Shown here in pieces: positions 56,466-64,000 of a stretch of DNA of 64,000 nucleotides. Position numbers and translations under genes: made by a program. The notes below the pieces were generated by a model. The model was not told where the DNA came from and searched no databases. It saw only the letters and a list, made by a program, of their open reading frames with translations. Origin of the DNA: Macrostomum lignano (taxonomy: Eukaryota). Positions within the stretch are counted from its first letter, which is position 1, and each line of letters opens with the position of its first letter. The stretch lies in the NCBI GenBank assembly GCA_002269645.1, contig NIVC01002803.1:1-64000 (forward strand). The letters are read 5' to 3'.

Positions 56466-57164
56466 TTCGGGGCATCTAAAGCCTTATGAGCAGTGATTAT
56501 GAGTTGAGGAAATTTGAAGCTTGAGGATCTCAAAGTGATGAATAATATTTGTCAATCTTTAAGATTGCAAAGCAGAAGACGCTGGGTTGTCAATCTTGCA
56601 GCATGTCAAAGCTTTGCATGGATGGGGATCGAATAACTCGGAAAATCGCAAAAAATCCCTCGAAAATCGCATTCGATTTGCATTTATCAAACGTCCGACC
56701 TGTACTCGTTCTTCATCATCAGCCCTGTCATTTGCCAGCGGTCAATCACAATGCAAAACAAAAAGCCTTTTGCCTTCTTCAACATAACTGATGGAAATCT
56801 AATATCCTCCCGTTTCTCCCTACAGTATTCGGCTCGTACGCGCACTTGTTGTGAGAGAATTGCCTCGGCGCTTGGTTGTGGAAGACAATCAATCTACAGA
56901 CAATGTGAGACTTCGCATTGCAAATTGTCCAGACTCCATCATCTAGAGAATACTCGGGGATCCAGTTTACAGTGAGGTTGAAATTACAGCTAAAATTAAC
57001 AGTGAAATATAATGCGAAACTGGCAGCTTCAACTTCAGTTTTGAACCGGACTTTACGTGTATTTTACCTGGCCTAACTACTCTATAAGATTGATATATAA
57101 TGGAAATTCTATCAAGAACCAGCGAAGACAAATGACACTAGCCAGAATGCAACTGTCCGGGATC

Positions 57165-57613
57165 ATGAGAATTTCCCGCAGGAAGTTTTCCCGCCAAGGT
57201 TTTCCCGCAGAGGTTTCTAGACTAGATTAGAAATATACTATACTAGATTAGACTAGACTAGAACTAGACTAGATTAGACTAGAACTAGACTAGATTAGAA
57301 CTAGACTAGATTAGAACTATACTAGATTAGACTATAGACTAGAACTAGACTAGAACTAGACTAGACTAGAACTAGACTAGATTAGAACTAGACTAGAACT
57401 AGACTAGATTAGACTAGACTAGAACTAGATTAGAACTAGACTAGAACTAGACTAGATTAGAACTAGATTAGAACTAGACTAGATTAGAACTAGACTATAC
57501 TAGATTAGACTAGTTAGAACTAGAATAGAATAGATTTCAAATCCGACTGAATTTGACTTGATATTCCCACTGGAAAACCCCTGCGGGAAAACCTTGCTGT
57601 GGGAAATTCCCAT
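57165..57613. mobile_element. Small TIR-bounded element carrying an (ACTAG)n-type microsatellite
   Basis: ATGAGAATTTCCCGCAG..TTTTCCCGC inverted as GCGGGAAAA...GGGAAATTCCCAT; ACTAG/ATTAG repeats at 57218-57535; no TSD seen. Confidence 0.5.
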
Positions 57614-58101
57614 AGACGCCAAATCCTAAGGTTTCATTTATACGAGTAAGCTTGAACACTGTTTGCATGCGATATTTTTACTCCCGTTGCATCGGAAACT
57701 TTTATCCACTGGCTTTTTCGCTATTCACCTTCGCAACCAAAAACCAACTGCCAGCCCTCCGGATATTGAACATTCTGCATCCAGAAGGTCGGATTTTTCC
57801 CATAAGCGCCAGTGTATTCAATACACCCCTGTGCGCCAATCAGCAATGCACCTCAGTGCAGCCTTGCCAAGCCTCCAAATTTCATCAGCACGTCGAACCC
57901 CGTGTCTGCATCAGCCCTGACTTTGTTGCTTACTCGGCTTCACCCAGACGGAGCTTCTGGACCTTCAACAGGTGGCACCAGGTGACTATGGACACCCTGC
58001 TGCGAATTTAGCTGGCATCTTACCCAACCAATAGTCATAAAGTTTCTTATTTGAGCACCAATGAGTATCAATTTTGGTTTAATAGGCACCCGAAACCCCA
58101 A

Positions 58102-58143
58102 CCAATGGCGTGCATGCAGGGTCCCCTGTCTAGTGCGTATAAA
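58102..58143 (+). promoter_or_regulatory. Putative CCAAT and TATA promoter elements of the receptor gene
   Basis: CCAAT 58102-58106, TATAAA 58138-58143, about 75 nt upstream of ATG 58219. Confidence 0.35.
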
Positions 58144-58218
58144 TCAAGTCGCTCTTTTGAAGCGAGGTGTCTGCCGTCTTGAGACCACTTCTCATTTCAA
58201 CAGTGAGCTGCTCTGCTA

Positions 58219-61200
58219 ATGGCTCTGCTTATAAGACTTCTTCTTCCAGCCCTGCTGCTTGCGCTCAGCATCAGGCCAAGTTCGGCCATAGACTTTCACC
58301 TGTCAGTTGTCGTGGAAAATTCTCTGGTGAGCGAAAGTTTGATTGACAGGTCGGTGAAGCGACGAGTTAACGACAATTGGCGCCTGCTGAATGGGCACCG
58401 AATGACCTACAGCTTGGTGGAGGGCAACGACACGCTGGTAATGAGCGGCGCTGGTGAGTGGACACAGCTGTTCTCACTCTCCCAGACTCTCACAGTCTAA
58501 AGCATCTCACCCCAGACTCTCACAGTCTAAAGCATCTCACCCCAGATTCTCACAGTCTAAACAATCTTACCCCAGACTCTCACAGTCTAAAGCATCTCAC
58601 CCCAGACTCTCAAGTCTAAACAATCTCACCTCAGACTCTCACAGTCTAAAGAATCTAACCTCAAACTCTCACAGTCTAACCAATCTTACCCCAAACTCTC
58701 ACAGTCAAAAGAATCTCACTCCAGACTCTCACAGTCTAAAGAATCTCACCTCAGGCTCTCACAGTCTAAACAATCTCACTCCAGACTCTCACAGTCTAAA
58801 GAATCTCACCCCAGACTCTCACAGTCCAAAGAATCTTATCTCAGGCTCTCACAGTCTAAACAATCTTACCTCAGACTCTCACAGTCTAAACAATCTCACC
58901 CCAGACTCTCACAGTCTAAAGCATCTCACCTCAGACTCTCACAGTCTAAAGAATCTAACTTCAGACTCTCACAGTCTAACCAATCCTACCTCAAACTCTC
59001 ACAGTCAAAAGAATCTCACTCCAGACTCTCACAGTCTAAAGAATCTCACCTCAGGATCTCACAGTCTAAACAATCTCACCCCAGACTCTCACAGTCTAAA
59101 CAATCTCACCCCAGACTCTCACAGTCTAAACAATCTTACCTCAGACTCTCACAGTCTAAACAATCTCACCCCAAACTCTCACAGTCTAAACAATCTCACC
59201 CCAGACTCTCACAGTCTAAAGAATCTCATCTCAGGCTCTCACAGTCTAAACAATCTTACCCCAGACTCTCACAGTCTAAAAAAGCTCACCCAGACTCTCA
59301 AGTCTAAAGAATCTCACCTCAGACTCTCACAGTCTAAAGAATCTCACCTCAGACTCTCACAGTCTAACCAATCTTACCTTAAACTCTCACAGTCTAACCA
59401 ATCTTACCCTAAACTCTCAGAGTCAAAAGAATCTCACTCCAGACTCTCAAAGTCTAAAGCATCTCACCCCAGACTCTCACAGTGTAAAGAATCTCATCTC
59501 AGGCTCTCACAGTCTAAACAATCTCACCCCAGACTCTCACAGTCTAAAAAATCTCACCCCAGACTCTCACAGTCTAAAGCATCTCACCCAGACTCTCACA
59601 GTCTAAAGAATCTAACTTCAGACTCTCACAGTCTAACCAATCCTACCCCAAACTCTCACAGTCAAAAGAATCTCACCCCAGACTCTCACAGTCTAAAGAA
59701 TCTCACCTCAGGCTCTCACAGTCTAAGCATCTCATCTCAGGCTCTCACAGTCTAAATAAACTCACCCCAGACTCTCACAGTCTAACCAATCTTACCCCAA
59801 ACTCTCACAGTCTAAAGAATCTCACCCAGACTCTCAAGTCTAAACAATCTCACCCCAGACTCTCACAGTCTAAACAATCTCACCCCAGACTCTCACAGTC
59901 TAAACAATCTTAACCCAGACTCTCTCAGTCTAAAGAATCTCACCCCAGACTCTCAAAGTCTAAACAATCTTACCCCAGACTCTCTCAGTCTAAAACATCT
60001 CACCCCAGACTCTCACAGTCTAAAAAATCTCACCCGAAACTCAAAGTCCCACCTCCCACTCCCGCAGTGTGCTCAAATTCAACGCCAACATCAGCGATCG
60101 TAGGAGTTGGCAGCTGCTGCTTGCTCAACGAACTCAACAGGGCGGCCAACTCTATGTCGGTGCCCTTCATCGGGGTGCCCAGCGGCCTCTGCCGTCAGGA
60201 CGTGGCGACCGGTGCGCCTTGAAGCCAACTTTTGAAAAACAACTTTTCAAACATTCCTGCGTCCCCAGCCACAACCGTCCTGTCACTCTCCCAGCCACAC
60301 CCTGTCCTGTCACTCTCCCAGCCACAACCGTCCTGTCACTCTCCCAGCCACACCCTGTCCTGTCACTCTCCCAGCCACACCCTGTCCTGTCACTCTCCCA
60401 GCCACACCCTGTCCTGTCACTCTCCCAGCCACACCCTGTCACTCCCACCCACAACCTGTCACTCCCACCCACAACCTGTCACTCCCACCCACAACCTGTC
60501 ACTCCCACCCACAACCTGTCACTCCCACCCACAACCTGTCACTCCCACCCACACCCTGTCACTCCCACCCACAACCTGTCACTCCCACCCACAACCTGTC
60601 ACTCCCACCCACACCCTGTCACTCCCACCCACAACCTGTCACTCCCACCCACAACCTGTCACTCCCACCCACACCCTGTCACTCCCACCCACAACCTGTC
60701 ACTCCCACCCACACCCTGTCACTCCCACCCACAACCTGTCACTCCCACCCACACCCTGTCACTCCCACCCACAACCTGTCACTCCCACCCACAACCTGTC
60801 ACTCCCACCCACAACCTGTCACTCCCACCCACAAACTGTCACTCCCACCCACAACCTGTCACTCCCACCCACAACCTGTCACTCCCACCCACAACCTGTC
60901 ACTCCCACCCACAACCTGTCACTCCTCATGTCACTCAACTCATCGCCACCGCGCCGCCCGCTCCGCAGGCCTGGGGCTGGTTGGCAGTCAGCAGAGCGAT
61001 GACTTCATCGAAGCGACCCTGGCTGCTCTGCTGTCTGCCGGAGCATCCGAGGCCGCTGTTCTGTTCGATCGAAATCAGGGTGAGATAATTTTGTTAATTT
61101 GATGCCTTTGCGTATAGTCGTAGCTCGTATATGCTCTCAATTCTAGAATATGAACTCTTATGCTTACATGTATATTGAAAAAAAATTGATTTTTTTAATT

Positions 61201-61733
61201 CCTCAGGTTTTTTAAATTTGATAATCCGCATCCCATATCCGAAAATCCCATATATGGTAATCCGCATTCCATATCTGACAATCCATATCCCATACCTGAT
61301 AATCTGCATCCCATATCTGAAAATCCGCATGGCAGACATCAGTGTAGTTGAGCAGCTGCTGCTCAGACTCACCGGAGGCGGCATCAGCAGCTTCAGTCTG
61401 CTCATACAGAGTGGACCGCGGCAGCAGCAGCAGCTGGCGCAGCTGTCCCAGTCAGCCAAGATTCGCCACATTGTCACCCTGCTGTCTCCGGCGGAACTGC
61501 GACAAGTCTTGGCGACTGCGGCGGCGACTGCGCCTGGCCTGCTGCAGCAGAACTACTTCTGGTTGGTGCTGGACACCGGGCTGACTCCCGCCGACCTGCT
61601 GGCGTCTCCCGCGGCCAGACCCAATGTTAACCTGCTGCTGGCGAGGGGCGGCACCTTCGGCTTGGATGGCAACGGGAACTGCCCGGCTGGGGCGCTGGAT
61701 GTCTTCCCCGACTGCTCACCGATGGGGATCAAG
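58219..61733 (+). CDS. 5' part of a receptor with signal peptide and iGluR/ANF-receptor-type (LIVBP-like) amino-terminal domain; continues beyond the window
   Basis: Exons 58219-58453, 60068-60211, 60969-61079, 61336-61733 (phases 1,1,1); signal peptide MALLIRLLLPALLLALSIRPSSA; VCSN..SAIVGVGSC.....AANSMSVPFI, AAVLFDRNQ and NYFWLVLD resemble iGluR ATD patterns. Confidence 0.6.
58470..60045. repeat. 30-bp minisatellite (receptor intron 1)
   Basis: Unit CAGACTCTCACAGTCTAAA(G/C)AATCTCACCC. Confidence 0.95.
60265..60925. repeat. 27-bp then 20-bp C-rich minisatellites (receptor intron 2)
   Basis: TGTCACTCTCCCAGCCACACCCTGTCC; ACTCCCACCCACA(A/C)CCTGTC. Confidence 0.94.
61220..61330. repeat. About 21-bp repeat x5 (receptor intron 3)
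   Basis: ATCCGCATCCCATATC(C/T)GA-like units. Confidence 0.75.
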
Positions 61734-62335
61734 GTAGATTGAGGATTGCTGTTTATGGGGATCAATGTAGATTGGGGATTGCTGTTTATGGGGATCAATG
61801 TAGATTGGGGATCAAGGTAGATTGGGGATCAATGTAGATTGGGGATCAAGGTAGATTGGGGATCAAGGTAGATTGGGGATCAAGGTAGATTGGAGATCAA
61901 GGTAGATTGGGGATCAAGGTAGATTGGGGATCAAGGTAGATTGGGGATCAAGGTAGATTGGGGATCAAGATAGATTGGGGATCAAGATAGATTGGGGATC
62001 AAGGTAGATTGGGGATCAAGGTAGATTGGGGATCAAGGTAGATTGGGGATCAAGATAGATTGGGGATCAAGATAGATTGGGGATCAAGGTAGATTGGGGA
62101 TCAAGGTAGATTGGGGATCAAGATAGATTGGGGATCAAGGTAGATTGGGGATCAAGATAGATTGGGGATCAAGATAGATTGGGGATCAAGGTAGATTGGG
62201 CATCAAGATAGATTGGGGATCAAGGTAGATTGGGATCAAGATAGATTGGGGATCAAGATAGATTGGGGATCAAGATAGATTGGGGATCAAGATAGATTGG
62301 GGATCAAGGTAGATTGGGCATCAAGGTAGATTAGG
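61724..62335. repeat. 17-bp minisatellite that includes the exon-4 donor junction
   Basis: Unit GGGGATCAAG(G/A)TAGATT; the first copy is the predicted exon/intron boundary at 61733/61734. Confidence 0.93.
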
Positions 62336-62828
62336 AATTTCCGTTCATAGGATTTAAGTAGAATGAGGATCAGGGTATCTGATATAGTATCTGAAACGAG
62401 AATCATTCCTGCTTTCAAACGGCAGTTGAACTGCGCTAATTAGCATAGACAGCTAATTAAACCTGGTCGTTAGTTTCTATCTATATTGACAAACAGCCCA
62501 AGCTTAACAATGGGTTGGATTTTGACTACCCTGGAGTTGAGCGGGCGGCGTCGTAAATTGTTTTTAAGTCCAGAATTTATTCACAGAATTTTGGTATCCG
62601 TGCATGCAGTGTGGGTGCCAGATTAGCATGGGATTAGCCTATAGAGCGGCCGACAGTTGGTATTTTGAAATGTAAACTTCATAGATTTTGCAGAACTGGG
62701 CCGGCAGGTGTACACCTCTACATCTTTGCTTTTACACAAAAATTCAAAACAATATTATATCAATATATTCAACTATGCTTACAATCGTATGAGAAAGTTT
62801 ACATTGACTTTTCGTAGCATACAAATGT

Positions 62829-63402
62829 GTTCACCTGTCAGTGCCGTGACTCACTCAATACAGTTCACTTATCAGTGCCGTGACTCATTCAATACAGTTC
62901 GCTTATCAGTGCCGTGACTCACTCAACACAGTTCACCTCTCAGTGCCGTGACTCACTCAATACAGTTCACTTATCAGTGCCGTGACTCACTCAACACAGT
63001 TCACCTGTCAGTGCCGTGACTCACTCAACACAGTTCACTTATCAGTGCCGTGACTCATTCAATACAGTTCGCTTATCAGTGCCGTGACTCATTCAATACA
63101 GTTCGCTTATCAGTGCCGTGACTCACTCAACACAGTTCACCTCTCAGTGCCGTGACTCACTCAATACAGTTCACTTATCAGTGCCGTGACTCACTCAACA
63201 CAGTTCACCTGTCAGTGCCGTGACTCACTCAACACAGTTCACTTATCAGTGCCGTGACTCACTCAACACAGTTCACCTGTCAGTGCCGTGACTCACTCAA
63301 CACAGTTCACCTGTCAGTGCCGTGACTCACTCAACACAGTTCACCTATCAGTGCCGTGACTCACTCAACACAGTTCACTTATCAGTGCCGTGACTCACTC
63401 AA
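62829..63402. repeat. 34-bp minisatellite x17, each unit with TGACTCA
   Basis: Unit CAGTGCCGTGACTCACTCAACACAGTTCACTTAT starting 62839, 62873 ... 63383. Confidence 0.95.
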
Positions 63403-64000
63403 GCCTCCTCTACGTCACGAACTGCAAAAATATGCGCCTTAGCACTCAGATTTGGGGGTTTCCTCAGGCATACAGAAACCGTTCAGGACAAGGTGCGAAA
63501 AGGATAATGGCAGATCAGCGAGTTTATCCCCAGGGGATTTGCTGCCAAACAAATTCTCTATAGTGCTAACAAATGGATTTTCGCCCTACGAAAGTGCTCA
63601 TTTATTGCGGTTGGTTAATCCGCGATAATAGAGGTGGCCAACTTTGATGGGGTCTAGAAATCTAGGAAGCCATAAACAGAAAATCAAAAATGCTCTTTTT
63701 ATGGGTCCTCCTGTTTTCTAGCGTTCAGCTGGGATAACCTCAGACCTGTAGCACTGTTCCCTCCAGTGGGAATCGATGGAGTAGCGACTGCAGAGAGAGA
63801 ATCTCAGAGGATCTTGTTGCAAAACTGCCATTTTGATTTCTTCTGCTTCTGCTAGCTTTCCTGAGAGTGCAAACAGGCTGCTGCGGTTCATGGCCTGTTG
63901 AAGAACTTGCATATACATATCAGAGAGTGGCGGAAGAGAGCTGATGAAACTGGGGGGGGGGGGGGGGAAGGGGGGAATTTAATTGTAAGCTTTGCTGCCT

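Noticed and set aside
57652-58011. 119-aa ORF upstream of the receptor gene
   Set aside because: Non-ATG start, no homology recognised, no splice support.
58190-58221. SL-AUG initiation for the receptor gene via acceptor TTTCAACAG (58203)
   Set aside because: The next codon is TGA, so no extension is possible, and nearby CCAAT/TATA motifs suggest an ordinary promoter.
58454-61088. 433-aa SHSLKNLT and 339-aa PTTCHSH ORFs
   Set aside because: Intronic 30-bp and 20-bp arrays; the real exon 2 is read in a different frame (60068-60211).

Overview
Eukaryotic (metazoan) genomic DNA with GC-rich exons separated by AT-rich spacers, and a different minisatellite in most introns. The style is most consistent with a free-living flatworm such as Macrostomum; this is inference and was not verified. 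The window opens with a degenerate CsRN1-lineage Ty3/Gypsy LTR retrotransposon on the minus strand (1-4178). Eight host genes follow, all on the + strand: PNO1, an SLC15A4-like peptide transporter, PTCD3/mS39, a Lines (LINS1) homolog, an intronless plant/fungal-type delta-8 sphingolipid/front-end desaturase, KRR1, a novel PKC (epsilon-like), and the 5' part of a receptor with an iGluR/ANF-type amino-terminal domain. Exon structures were rebuilt by hand with phase-consistent GT/AG junctions. The 33.3-44.1 kb region is a DNA-transposon graveyard containing MULE-like, Harbinger-like and mariner derivatives and long fold-back hairpins. The best lead is the PKC-epsilon gene. It has no ATG for its conserved N-terminus (the ancestral Met position is CTG), but a phase-0 splice acceptor lies just upstream. 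This fits initiation from the 3'-terminal AUG of a flatworm spliced leader within a KRR1-PKC polycistron. Other leads are the SLD-type desaturase, a complete -1 frameshift signal in the Gypsy element, a long-TIR mariner encoding only its DNA-binding domain, and minisatellites built from AP-1, NF-Y, ETS or splice-site motifs. No prokaryotic-type features or CRISPR arrays are present.
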